Source of the DNA: Gammaproteobacteria bacterium Ga0077554
Lineage (GTDB): Bacteria; Pseudomonadota; Gammaproteobacteria; Ga0077554; Ga007554
Assembly: GCA_001464585.1 (NCBI GenBank)
Contig: LNFF01000031.1
Coordinates: forward strand, 67,148 to 131,147
Direction: 5' to 3'
Length of the DNA: 64,000 bases
In this document: one piece after another, positions 18,752 to 28,162 of the stretch
Layout of the letters: each line of letters opens with the position of its first letter
Numbering within the stretch: position 1 is the first letter of the stretch
Program-made: the position numbers and the translations under genes
The notes under the pieces: model-generated
What the model saw: the letters and a program-made list of their open reading frames with translations, nothing else
Told to the model about the DNA's origin: nothing
Database searches by the model: none

Positions 18752-21700
18752 TCAGGCGCGCTGTTTCAGCGAGAGAAGACGATCCAGCGGACAGGGCTTA
18801 TCTATGGCATACCCTTGCGCGTAGTCGACACCAATCTCGCAAAGCAGGTTGAGAATTTTGTCGTTTTCGACATATTCCGCCACCACTTTTTTATTCATGA
18901 AATGTCCAACCTCACAGATCGATTTTACCAACGCATAGTCGATGGAATTGACTTCCATATTTCTTACAAATACGCCGTCGATTTTAATGAAATCAACCGG
19001 CAAATTTTTAAGGTATGCATAGCTTGACATGCCACTTCCAAAGTCATCCAGCGCAAACATACAACCCGTTTTCTTAATCTCCGTTATAAATGCCGCCGCA
19101 TCCGAAAGATTGGTAATGCCGGCAGTTTCCGTGACCTCAAAACATATTTTATGCTGCGGGATCTGCGTGTTATTCATCTGCTCAAGGACAAAACCTATAA
19201 AGCTATCGTCGGTGATGCTTTGGCCTGAAAGATTGATGGTAAAAGCGGTAATATCCTCAAGGGCCTCGCGATGGTCCGCCATCCACTTAAAAACCTTTGT
19301 AATTACCCAGCGGTCCACTGCCGCCATACGCCCATACCATTCTGCCGCCTGTATGAATTCATGGGGAGATATAATATTTTTCTGGTCTTCCGCGACGCGC
19401 AGGAGTATCTCAAAATGGGGTTGTACCGAGGTGTCTCCATTAATCGGGACTATGCGCTGGCAGAAAAGTAGCAGGCGGTCTTCCTCCAGGATCCTGTCGA
19501 TTTTCCCCACCCATTTCATTACCGCGCTGTGCTGAACCAACTGGAAATTGTCAGCATGGTAGACTTGTAACCGGTTGCCTCCAGCAACTTTAGCAAGATT
19601 GCAGCTCGACTGTGCTGCCTGTAACAATTCTGTAATGTTATTACCGTGCGTATCCACCGGAACCAGCCCCATGCTCAGGGACACCGAAAAACGTTTGTCC
19701 TCCCACTCAAAGCGATAACCAGCAACGGCGTTAATCTGTTGCTCGGCAATAGCCCGTGCATCATCGGGAGAGGCGTTCTCCACAAGCATGCCGAACTCAT
19801 CACTACCCAGCCGCGCCAGCACGCCTCGGCCACTCAGCGTTTTCTTGAGTAACGCCGCCAGCTCCTTGAGCAGCGTATCACCGCCCACAGACCCGCAACT
19901 GTTATTGACCGCGCTGAACTTATCCACATCAACAAGACACAGCACATGTCGCAGACCGATCTGCTGCGCGCTCACCACAGCTTTGCCCAGCATGGACTCA
20001 AATTCCCGCCGGCTTATCAAGCCTGTCACCTGATCGTGGGTGGTTTCATAGAGCAGTTGCTTATGCAACTCCTGCAGTGCCGTATACTGCGCGCGATCCA
20101 TCGCCAGATCATCGGCATTGTCCAAGGGTATGGCATTGCCCAGACGCATTTTCCTGGCAAGATCCTTCGCACCAAGCACCTTCTCCTTCAGCCCCCGGGA
20201 ATTCACGAATACATAGACACCGCTGGTGGACTTGCTGACCCACGCAACCCGGAGCCGCTGCGCTTTTTCCTCATGCGTCAAAAACAGCATCCAGTCCCCT
20301 TCCTTGAGGCGGCGCGCTTGCTTCAACCACTTTTTCCATATCACATCGGCAGGATCTTCTGCGCTTTCTGGTTCATCGCCCCACTCTGCAACCACAGGGA
20401 CTTTCTCACATACCGTGACCACGTCCTTCACATTCTCTGCATAGGCCTTATCCTGCGCCTGGGTCAGCTTGTCCAACTGTACCAGAATCTTCGAAAATAC
20501 CTCGGAAGTGCCGTCGAACTCCTTGTTAATCCGGTCTATCAGACGGTCAATCGTATTCTTGATCGGGCTCTGGCTGGAACCAGTCTGTTCATTATCATGA
20601 ATTTCCAGTTGAGCAATCTTGTTTAGCACCTGGCGCGCGACATGGGCCCTGTCAAGAAACACTGTATTGTCCGCAAGGGTCAGCTTGAGAATAGGCAACT
20701 CGAGCCGCTTGAGCCAGGGTCTCACGCTCTCAGCGACGAGTGGATCATCCTGAATAGCATGAAAAAGATCACCAGCAACTTCCATGACACTGCTGTCATG
20801 TGCGCTGATCTCTTTATCAGCGCTTCCTGGATTAGCACGTTCCAGAACAGCGCGAACAAGGGATTTGATGTTTCTGGGCGCATTATTGCCAGCGATCTGA
20901 TCACTGTAATCTGCTTGCAAGCTGGCCAAAGCCGAAATGACATCCGAGACTGCGTATACCTGGCCGGGTGGCTGCGTTGATGGTGGCGGCTCACGATATG
21001 GCATTTGCACATCCGTGTGCGGCGGTCGCTCCCGGCATCCTGCCTCCCGCAACACTTGCACATCCGTGTGCGGCGCAAATACAGTTTCCGTCGGGCGCGA
21101 CACCTGATGCGCAACACCATCCCGAAGTCTGCGTATCTCGTGAGAGACCTGATATAGATTGCGTCCTCCCGGGCCAGCATTCCCAGTGATATTCGGGGGG
21201 ACATGCGGGGACGGCGCTACATCTCGTGGTGGCGCCGTATTTTCCCTAAGCACCCTGGATTTGAGATCGGGCAATACACCGAAGTCTACCAGGACAGCGT
21301 TGAGTTTTTGGTAAAGATCATTTGTTTTTTCAACAAGCACATCCTTGAAAACAGCGAGGCAGGCCGTGTTAGCCACCGGATCCAACCCCAGGGGTTTAAT
21401 GGCACTCAAGAAAGACTCTACAAAAAGGCCGGGGCCATAAGGGTTGTTATCTTTACCAATCGGTACATTACATACCATGGAGAGGCGTTGCTCTATCGCA
21501 AAGAGCAATTTCTTGTGCGTGGACTCAACATTGTAGTTAATATCCGAAATGGATAACCAGTCGGTCAGCGCATCATCTTCGACCAGCGACAACTCAGACA
21601 TGGGCACGCCATTTTTATCAGACGTTGCCTTCGATTGTGCTCTCAGTTGTTTGGGGGCAATATTTGCCAGGCGCTTATGGACGGCGACACGGAAAAGATC

Positions 21701-22381
21701 CGTCAGTGTTACGGCTGATCGATTCAGTACGTCACGTGCGTTAAAATACGAGTTCTGTTCCTTATGATTTTTTGTATCACGTGATAGTTCAAACATGCGG
21801 TTCGGCATTTTTGAGTTCACACTTTGAGAAATCCCATCAAGGGCGCTTTCGATTACACGGTTACATTCTTTCATGATCGTGTCGCCTTTCATATTATCGG
21901 TCATGTCACCGGTAACATTCATGGAAACATGGGATGTTTTTTCATCGCCAGGACTCGACCCCCTCGCGATGCTCCCCCCACTCGACATTCCAATGGCTGG
22001 CTGGATGGCAAAATCCTGCATGATCTGCAAAGCGGTCAGGTCAGGGTTAATGAACGCCATACCTGCGCCATCTTCAAAAGTACGGACAACACGTGCCTGA
22101 AATTGTAGCCGGTTATCCTGGTTTGTGGCCTGGACGATACAGTGGATGGTAATAATGTCGCCAGCAGCAGGTAAATGTCCCTGGGTGGCCGCCGCCAGAC
22201 TGGTAGGTTTCTGGTAGCTTAGAAGCATGCCGCCAATGCAGAAGTTACGTATGACGCATGACAGATGGGCGCCTCCTGCAACCCTGATGAATGCAGGCAG
22301 ATCTAAAGAATAACGCTGAAATGCACGCTTCCCTGCAGGATCAGCACACGTCTGCGATGGTGTTGAATAGTTGTTGTGCAT
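18752..22381 (-). CDS. PilZ + DUF1631-like + GGDEF + EAL c-di-GMP protein
   Basis: KRAFQR...NFCIGG (PilZ), helical middle region, GSDEF, EILLR and DDFGSG. Start moved to 22381 because the longer ORF start lies inside repeat elements. Confidence 0.85.
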   Translation of the reverse strand: MHNNYSTPSQTCADPAGKRAFQRYSLDLPAFIRVAGGAHLSCVIRNFCIGGMLLSYQKPTSLAAATQGHLPAAGDIITIHCIVQATNQDNRLQFQARVVRTFEDGAGMAFINPDLTALQIMQDFAIQPAIGMSSGGSIARGSSPGDEKTSHVSMNVTGDMTDNMKGDTIMKECNRVIESALDGISQSVNSKMPNRMFELSRDTKNHKEQNSYFNARDVLNRSAVTLTDLFRVAVHKRLANIAPKQLRAQSKATSDKNGVPMSELSLVEDDALTDWLSISDINYNVESTHKKLLFAIEQRLSMVCNVPIGKDNNPYGPGLFVESFLSAIKPLGLDPVANTACLAVFKDVLVEKTNDLYQKLNAVLVDFGVLPDLKSRVLRENTAPPRDVAPSPHVPPNITGNAGPGGRNLYQVSHEIRRLRDGVAHQVSRPTETVFAPHTDVQVLREAGCRERPPHTDVQMPYREPPPSTQPPGQVYAVSDVISALASLQADYSDQIAGNNAPRNIKSLVRAVLERANPGSADKEISAHDSSVMEVAGDLFHAIQDDPLVAESVRPWLKRLELPILKLTLADNTVFLDRAHVARQVLNKIAQLEIHDNEQTGSSQSPIKNTIDRLIDRINKEFDGTSEVFSKILVQLDKLTQAQDKAYAENVKDVVTVCEKVPVVAEWGDEPESAEDPADVIWKKWLKQARRLKEGDWMLFLTHEEKAQRLRVAWVSKSTSGVYVFVNSRGLKEKVLGAKDLARKMRLGNAIPLDNADDLAMDRAQYTALQELHKQLLYETTHDQVTGLISRREFESMLGKAVVSAQQIGLRHVLCLVDVDKFSAVNNSCGSVGGDTLLKELAALLKKTLSGRGVLARLGSDEFGMLVENASPDDARAIAEQQINAVAGYRFEWEDKRFSVSLSMGLVPVDTHGNNITELLQAAQSSCNLAKVAGGNRLQVYHADNFQLVQHSAVMKWVGKIDRILEEDRLLLFCQRIVPINGDTSVQPHFEILLRVAEDQKNIISPHEFIQAAEWYGRMAAVDRWVITKVFKWMADHREALEDITAFTINLSGQSITDDSFIGFVLEQMNNTQIPQHKICFEVTETAGITNLSDAAAFITEIKKTGCMFALDDFGSGMSSYAYLKNLPVDFIKIDGVFVRNMEVNSIDYALVKSICEVGHFMNKKVVAEYVENDKILNLLCEIGVDYAQGYAIDKPCPLDRLLSLKQRA
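21005..21072 (-). mobile_element. GGA double-hairpin mini-element, type A, copy 3 plus partial tandem copy (in frame)
   Basis: Minus strand cgcacACGGAtgtgcAAGTGTTgcgggaggcAGGAtgccgggagcGACc; the first hairpin recurs 51 nt later (PHTDVQ twice in the protein). Confidence 0.85.
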
Positions 22382-22413
22382 CACTTCCTTAGCCTGACAC
22401 AGGAGGGTACCAC

Positions 22414-22562
22414 GGTCGCTTCCGGCATCCGACCGCCATGGATGGCGGAAGTGTCGAAAATGCAGGAGCATTTTTTCGACCTGCCTCTGGCGACACTTGT
22501 GCATCTCGGCAACTGCTCCTGCGTTGCTCTACCTTCCGCCATCCCTGGCGGTCGCATGCACG
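22414..22562. mobile_element. Nested composite: one type A element interrupted by two type B elements (22431-22481 on +, 22506-22554 on -)
   Basis: Removing the two inserts restores ggtcgcttccggcatcctgcctctggcgacacttgtgcatccatgcacg, 1 mismatch from copy 2. Confidence 0.85.
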
Positions 22563-22856
22563 GCGTAAACGAAAGACGCCCCTTTAACCTGAAAACGGCG
22601 ATTCAAGATTAACCCTCACCTTGCAACGCTGATTCAGCAACCAGACAGGGGGGTCTGTCAACTCTAATTATCGGCATTCCTTCATGCATTCTTTAAGATT
22701 GTGGGAGCCTCTGTCCAATCTAATCACAGCCGGACAGGGATCGAGTCCGGACGATGCACATCGCGTGTAATGAAACAAGGAGCAAAAACGAGGGGGACTG
22801 GCTGTGCCTGTTAAGGAACAACTCAACGGATACAAACAAGTCATGAGGAAGAAATG

Positions 22857-22933
22857 TGGTGCGCCCAGAGAGATTCGAACTCCCGACCGCCTGGTTCGTA
22901 GCCAGGTACTCTATCCAGCTGAGCTATGGGCGC
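22857..22933 (-). tRNA. tRNA-Arg(ACG)
   Basis: GCGCCCATAGCTCAGCTGGATAGAGTACCTGGCT-ACG-AACCAGG...GTTCGAATC...GGGCGCACCA. Confidence 0.97.
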
Positions 22934-23004
22934 ACAAGAAAGCCGTCTATTATGAATCATCCTGACGGGGTGTCAAGAACAAGACGTTACAACAGTAAAT
23001 AAGG

Positions 23005-23097
23005 TGGCGGAGAGAGAGGGATTCGAACCCTCGATGGAGTATTAAGCCCCATACTCCCTTAGCAGGGGAGCGCCTTCGACCACTCGGCCATCTCTCC
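23005..23097 (-). tRNA. tRNA-Ser(GCT)
   Basis: GGAGAGATGGCCGAGTGG...CCCT-GCT-AAGGGAG, long variable arm, GTTCGAATCC, CCA end. Confidence 0.97.
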
Positions 23098-23183
23098 AAG
23101 GCTAGGGCAACCGCCATAAATAAGGCATCACTCTAGCGGGCGCTATCTTACCATTATTGGTCTGTCAGGGGGAGTAACTTTTG

Positions 23184-23219
23184 AAAAAAATAAAGGCCTC
23201 TGAAAGTTTCAGAAGCCTT
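23184..23219 (-). terminator. Intrinsic terminator after csrA
   Basis: aaggc..ctgaaa/tttcag..gcctt hairpin followed by a T-rich run on the minus strand. Confidence 0.6.
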
Positions 23220-23248
23220 CATTTTTCAAATCAGCGGTATGTGTAACG

Positions 23249-23458
23249 CTAAATCCCTAACCCTTCGTCGTCCGAACTGGGAGGATTCTGCTCTTTTTCT
23301 TTTTTGATACGCTCATAAATTTCTTCACGATGCACTGTCACGTCTTTTGGCGCATTGACGCCAATCCGTACCTGGTTACCCTTCACGCCCAGTACAGTAA
23401 CAGTGACGTTATCACCTATTATTAGTGTCTCACCCACACGACGGGTTAGAATCAACAT
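23249..23458 (-). CDS. csrA: Carbon storage regulator CsrA
   Basis: [45 protein letters not shown]. Confidence 0.98.
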   Translation of the reverse strand: MLILTRRVGETLIIGDNVTVTVLGVKGNQVRIGVNAPKDVTVHREEIYERIKKEKEQNPPSSDDEGLGI

Positions 23459-23690
23459 GATTCATCTCCTTGAAATTCAAGCTACTGTCCCAGGTTTTCC
23501 AGGCTGTAAAATACTTTAATACTTGTGTACCCTTACTATCTATATATAGATAGCGGCGGCATTGTCGGAAACTGTATACGATCCATCCGAAAAAGTACGC
23601 TACTTTTCAGGATATATTACAGAAATCTTGCCCCAAGGAACGAGCGCTTGCCGCTATTGCTATATAAGACATTGTTTTTATTTAAATTAA

Positions 23691-24923
23691 TTATTTTTTT
23701 GCTGCTATTGGAGCGTCCAGATTAAATGCTGCGTGCAAGGCGCGCACGCCTAATTCCAGGTATTTTTCATCGACCACCACGGAAATTTTTATTTCGGAGG
23801 TGGATATCATACGGATATTAATACCTTCAGTGGCCAGGGCGCGGAACATGGTGCTGGCAATGCCGGCATGGGAGCGCATGCCTACACCCACCAGGGAAAC
23901 TTTAACGATTTTGTTGTCGCCGGTAACTTCGCGTGCGCCTAAATCTTTGGCGACGCCGCGCAAGATCCGCAACGCCTTGTCGTAGTCGTTACGGTGGACG
24001 GTGAAGGTGAAGTCGGTTGTGGTGTCTTCGGCAATATTCTGCACGATCATGTCCACTTCAATATTCGCATCGGCCACCGGGCCAAGAATACGGTACGCCA
24101 CGCCCGGTTGGTCGGGGACGCCCAAAATCGTTAATTTGGCCTCATCTCGGTTAAAGGCGATGCCGGAAATTAGCGCCTGTTCCATGCTGTTTTCCTCAGA
24201 GGTAATCAACGTGCCCGACCCTTCGGTGAAGGACGACAGCACGCGCAACGGTACATTATATTTGCTGGCAAATTCTACCGAGCGGATCTGCAACACTTTG
24301 GCGCCCAGGCTCGCCATTTCCAGCATTTCTTCGTAGGTAATGCGGTCGAGGCGGCGCGCTTGCGGCACCACGCGGGGATCCGTGGTGTAGACGCCATCCA
24401 CATCGGTGTAAATCTGGCATTCATCGGCTTTCAGCGCAGCTGCCAAGGCGACGGCGGTGGTATCTGACCCGCCGCGACCCAAAGTGGTGATGCTGCCGTT
24501 TTCATCTACACCCTGAAAACCGGCCACCACCAGCACGCGACCACACGCCAGATCTTTACGCAACCGCTCGGCGTCAATTTCGGTGATGCGCGCTTTGTTA
24601 AAGGCGCTGTCGGTGAGAATGCGCACTTGCGCGCCAGTATAAGAACGCGCCGGACAGCCACGCTTTTCCAGCGCCATGCTCAGTAATGCGATAGTGACTT
24701 GTTCGCCGGTGGATAGCAACACATCCAGTTCACGCGGGTCGGGCTGCGCGGCGATGGCTTTGGCCAGTCCCAGCAGACGATCGGTTTCGCCCGTCATGGC
24801 CGACAGCACCACAATCAGGTCATCGCCTGCCGCACGCGCGGCGGCGACCTTGTCGGCCACTTTGCCAATGCGTTCCAGCGAACCCACCGAGGTGCCACCG
24901 TATTTTTGGACTATCAATGCCAC
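23691..24923 (-). CDS. lysC: Aspartate kinase
   Basis: GTG start of (M)ALIVQKYGGTSVG, TTLGRGGSDTTA, two ACT domains. Confidence 0.95.
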   Translation of the reverse strand: MALIVQKYGGTSVGSLERIGKVADKVAAARAAGDDLIVVLSAMTGETDRLLGLAKAIAAQPDPRELDVLLSTGEQVTIALLSMALEKRGCPARSYTGAQVRILTDSAFNKARITEIDAERLRKDLACGRVLVVAGFQGVDENGSITTLGRGGSDTTAVALAAALKADECQIYTDVDGVYTTDPRVVPQARRLDRITYEEMLEMASLGAKVLQIRSVEFASKYNVPLRVLSSFTEGSGTLITSEENSMEQALISGIAFNRDEAKLTILGVPDQPGVAYRILGPVADANIEVDMIVQNIAEDTTTDFTFTVHRNDYDKALRILRGVAKDLGAREVTGDNKIVKVSLVGVGMRSHAGIASTMFRALATEGINIRMISTSEIKISVVVDEKYLELGVRALHAAFNLDAPIAAKK

Positions 24924-25306
24924 TAGTTTCGCCGGATAGATCAAGAAGCCAGAAAAAGACGGGGATTTTACTTTAATACCGGGGAAAAGGGAACTATTAT
25001 CCTGTGGCAACTCGACATGCAGCACCCACCGTTGCGGTAGTCCGGCGCGTTGTGTAGTATCGGTTTGGGTATCCGATGTGCGTCTCGATAACCCACATCT
25101 TGCAGAAATGGCAGCACCCAACCCACGCTTTTTACAGTAATAAATCAACCCTAAATGGTGAATTTTGCAACTGCTTCGAATGCAAACAATTAAAGATTAT
25201 TAATTTTTTTTATGTAAATAGTGAAAGTTATTAATTTTTGTTTTTTTATTTCGCAACATACACTGACAGTAAGTAGCAAGCCACATACCTATTGGGGGAT
25301 CAAACC

Positions 25307-25633
25307 ATGAGACGGCTGGAACAGAAAAAACTACTGACCATCATCACCTCGCGCGCATTCGAAAAAATTATTATCGAGGCGGTGCGCATGCGCGGTGTCG
25401 GCGGCTATACCGTGGTGCAGGCCAGCAGCGGAGCCGGTGCTTCCGGGACTCAGGCGGGCATGTTCGACGGCGACTCCAACATCCTGATTTATATTATTAT
25501 GTCGGAGGCTCGCCTGGTCACCGTGCTTGATGATCTCGAAGACATGATGAACCGGGGCTACCGGATCAAGGCGGTCGTGACGGACATCTCGATCCTGCCA
25601 CGCAAGAATGCCTCCGGCGCATCCACGAACTAG
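25307..25633 (+). CDS. P-II-like regulator (SbtB-like)
   Basis: KLLTIIT, G..GYTV....G.G; lies directly upstream of an SbtA-family permease. Confidence 0.75.
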   Translation: MRRLEQKKLLTIITSRAFEKIIIEAVRMRGVGGYTVVQASSGAGASGTQAGMFDGDSNILIYIIMSEARLVTVLDDLEDMMNRGYRIKAVVTDISILPRKNASGASTN

Positions 25634-25779
25634 TCCTACTGTGTCACAAAGCGATCAAGGGATGCAGTGCAAGGCGAAATCGGGCGAAAAAGCGGAGTTT
25701 ACACGAAGTAAATGAGCATTTTGAGCCCGATTTTAACGCCGCAATGCGCCCTTCAGCGCTTTGTGACACAGTAGGGCTG
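25631..25779. mobile_element. MITE-like element (~150 bp)
   Basis: Perfect 19-bp terminal inverted repeats cctactgtgtcacaaagcg (25635-25653) / cgctttgtgacacagtagg (25757-25775), with internal dyad symmetry. Confidence 0.75.
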
Positions 25780-25874
25780 GCACCGGAACTGGATGGAGCT
25801 ACCCTCGGGCACGAGTCCTCAGCACCGAAAAATCATATAATAAATAAGCCGATAGAAAATCAGGAAGATGCACC

Positions 25875-26879
25875 ATGGACATCAAATTATTTGCCACCCT
25901 GCTTGATCCCGCCATTTTATTCTTTTTCCTGGGCATATTTGCCGCGCTGGTGCGATCCAATCTGGAGATACCGGCGCCCATCGCCAAATTCCTGTCCTTG
26001 TACCTGCTCATGGCGATAGGTATCAAAGGTGGGGTGGCCTTGAGCGTGAGCGGCTTCCATATGCAGATGCTGGTCGGGCTTGCGATCGCGCTGTTCATGG
26101 CCTTCCTTGTGCCGCTGTACACCTTTCCCCTGCTGCGCCGCAAGCTCGACGGCTTCAACGCCGCCGCCATCGCGGCAACCTATGGCTCGGTGAGCGCGGT
26201 GACCTTTATCGCCGCTGGACAATTCCTCGACAATCAGGGTATCGAATACGGCGGATACATGGCGGTGGCGCTGGTGATTATGGAGGCGCCGGCCGTGATC
26301 ATGGCGGTAGGGCTCGCCGCCATGACGCGCGCGAGCCTGGCGAAGCACGGCGCGGGCGCTGCAGTGACGAATATTGGGCAACATGACGGTTCGTTTTCAT
26401 TGAAAAAGATCCTGCACGAGTCGTTCACCGACGGGGCCATCCTCTTGCTGATGGGGAGTCTCTTAATCGGCTTTATCGTGGGGGCGGAGAGCTATAAGGT
26501 CATGAAGCCTTTCACCGGCGACCTGTTCAAGGGCTTGTTAGCATTTTTCCTGTTGGAGATGGGAATTCTGGTCGCCCGGCGCATCCGCGAGATGAAGGGT
26601 GTAGGGCCGTTCCTTATAGCCTTTGCCTTCCTGATACCGGTGGTCAACGCGGTGATTGTCATCACCTTGTCCCACCTCGCCGGCTTATCAGCGGGGGATA
26701 CGCTGATGCTCGCGGTGCTCGCGGCGAGCGCCTCCTATATCGTGGTGCCGGCGGTAGTCCGCGTCGCCATTCCGGAGGCAAATCCGGGACTCTACTTCGG
26801 CATGGCGCTGGCGCTCACCTTCCCGTTCAACGTCGTGCTCGGGATACCGATGTATTACCAAATGATCCAACTTTTGTGA
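25875..26879 (+). CDS. Sodium-dependent bicarbonate transport family permease (SbtA-like)
   Basis: SLYLLMAIG.KGG, AATYGSVSAVTF, ASASYI.VPA, FPFN..LGIP.Y. Confidence 0.9.
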   Translation: MDIKLFATLLDPAILFFFLGIFAALVRSNLEIPAPIAKFLSLYLLMAIGIKGGVALSVSGFHMQMLVGLAIALFMAFLVPLYTFPLLRRKLDGFNAAAIAATYGSVSAVTFIAAGQFLDNQGIEYGGYMAVALVIMEAPAVIMAVGLAAMTRASLAKHGAGAAVTNIGQHDGSFSLKKILHESFTDGAILLLMGSLLIGFIVGAESYKVMKPFTGDLFKGLLAFFLLEMGILVARRIREMKGVGPFLIAFAFLIPVVNAVIVITLSHLAGLSAGDTLMLAVLAASASYIVVPAVVRVAIPEANPGLYFGMALALTFPFNVVLGIPMYYQMIQLL

Positions 26880-26890
26880 GCAGTTAAGCC

Positions 26891-27754
26891 ATGAGCCCGA
26901 CGCCGTCTTTGACCTATGCCGAAAGCCGGGTGGCCCTGCTCACCCAGCACGGCAAGGAAGGTGTGATCGCCCCGGTGCTTGATACGGCGCTCGGCTGCCG
27001 GGTCGAGCGGGTGGCTGGCTACGACACGGATCTCCTCGGCACCTTCACCCGCGACATTCCGCGCGCAGGCATGCAGCTTGAGGCGGCACGCAAGAAGGCG
27101 CGCATCGGTATGCGGCTTTCCGGTCTGCCGCTCGGGCTCGCCAGCGAGGGCTCGTTCGGCCTCGACCCGTTCGCGGGGATGTTTCCCTGGAACGTGGAGT
27201 TCCTGATTTTTCTTGATGATGAGCGCGGCCTGGAGGTCGTGGGCGTAGCCCAGGGCGCGGCGAACTTCTCCCACCTGCTGACGGACGATTGGGCTGCGGC
27301 CGAGGCCTTCGCCAAGCAGGCGGGATTTCCCGCACACCATCTGGTGGTACGCCCCGAGAGCGAGGACGACCCGCGCATGCGCAAGGGGATCGCCGCCTGG
27401 GTAGCGCTGGAAGCCGTCTTTGCCTGGGCGCTTGCTGCATCGGCCAGCGGGCGGGTATTCGTCGAAACCGACGTGCGCGTGCGCGCCCATGCCAATCCCA
27501 CGCGCATGGACAACATCCGCCTGGCGGCCGAAGACCTGGTGAAAAAGCTGCGCTCGCTCTGTCCGTCCTGCGGCACGCCAGGATTCTGGATCGTCGAGCG
27601 CGTGGATGGTCTCCCGTGCGAAGCCTGCGGCGCACCCACGCGCGAAACCCGCGCCGAGATTCTCGGCTGCCTCAAGTGCCCGCACCGCGAGACCCGCAAG
27701 CGGGCCGACCGGCAATACGCCGATCCGAGCCGCTGCGACTCCTGCAACCCCTGA
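26891..27754 (+). CDS. DUF6671-like protein with C-terminal Cys-rich region
   Basis: LLTQHGKE.VIAP, DTD.LGTFT, ASEGSFG, RAH.NPTRM, four CxxC pairs. Confidence 0.7.
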   Translation: MSPTPSLTYAESRVALLTQHGKEGVIAPVLDTALGCRVERVAGYDTDLLGTFTRDIPRAGMQLEAARKKARIGMRLSGLPLGLASEGSFGLDPFAGMFPWNVEFLIFLDDERGLEVVGVAQGAANFSHLLTDDWAAAEAFAKQAGFPAHHLVVRPESEDDPRMRKGIAAWVALEAVFAWALAASASGRVFVETDVRVRAHANPTRMDNIRLAAEDLVKKLRSLCPSCGTPGFWIVERVDGLPCEACGAPTRETRAEILGCLKCPHRETRKRADRQYADPSRCDSCNP

Positions 27755-28162
27755 CGCTCGCATGAGATCATGACCTTTAACGATTTCGTGAAAACTGGTG
27801 GAAAACCCGCACTGGCTCGTTTGCAGGATTCCATCCGCAAACGGGCAACATGGGCAGTGATTTGTAGTGGGTAACCCTCGGTAAGCGCAGGGAAAACAGC
27901 AAGGAATAGTCAGCCAAAAATCCGTCCGTCCTGACCCTTCGTCCGCCTGAGGTTGGAAGTTGATTGCCTACTGTATTCCACATAGAGGCGCCATAATATA
28001 TCCTTCCTGGCACAAAATAATCATTTATAAAAATGAATGCACATAGTAAAAAAGATTAACTATTGTTTTTCGATGCCCGGACATAGACTGACCCCAACCA
28101 AAAAACTATGGATACTACGGTACAGGTATGTGCATGAATTGGTCTGATTTAAACGCGTCACT

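Noticed and set aside
22382..22504. N-terminal extension of the 1250-aa ORF
   Set aside because: It is translated repeat DNA, which is stop-poor; a better RBS and start lie at 22381.
22414..22562. Possible CRISPR or attC array next to tRNA genes
   Set aside because: No repeat-spacer periodicity and no cas or integrase gene; fully explained as nested mini-elements.
22857..23097. tRNA-anchored prophage or integrative element
   Set aside because: No integrase and no duplicated tRNA 3' end found in the window.
24924..25148. Long N-terminal extensions of lysC (and likewise alaS 47915-48103)
   Set aside because: Family-typical N-termini begin downstream; the extensions are ORF-caller artefacts and the alaS one overlaps recX.
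26855..27840. Several long antisense or alternate-frame ORFs (also 31710-32582 and 40995-41696)
   Set aside because: Shadows of GC-rich, codon-biased real genes with no recognisable motifs.
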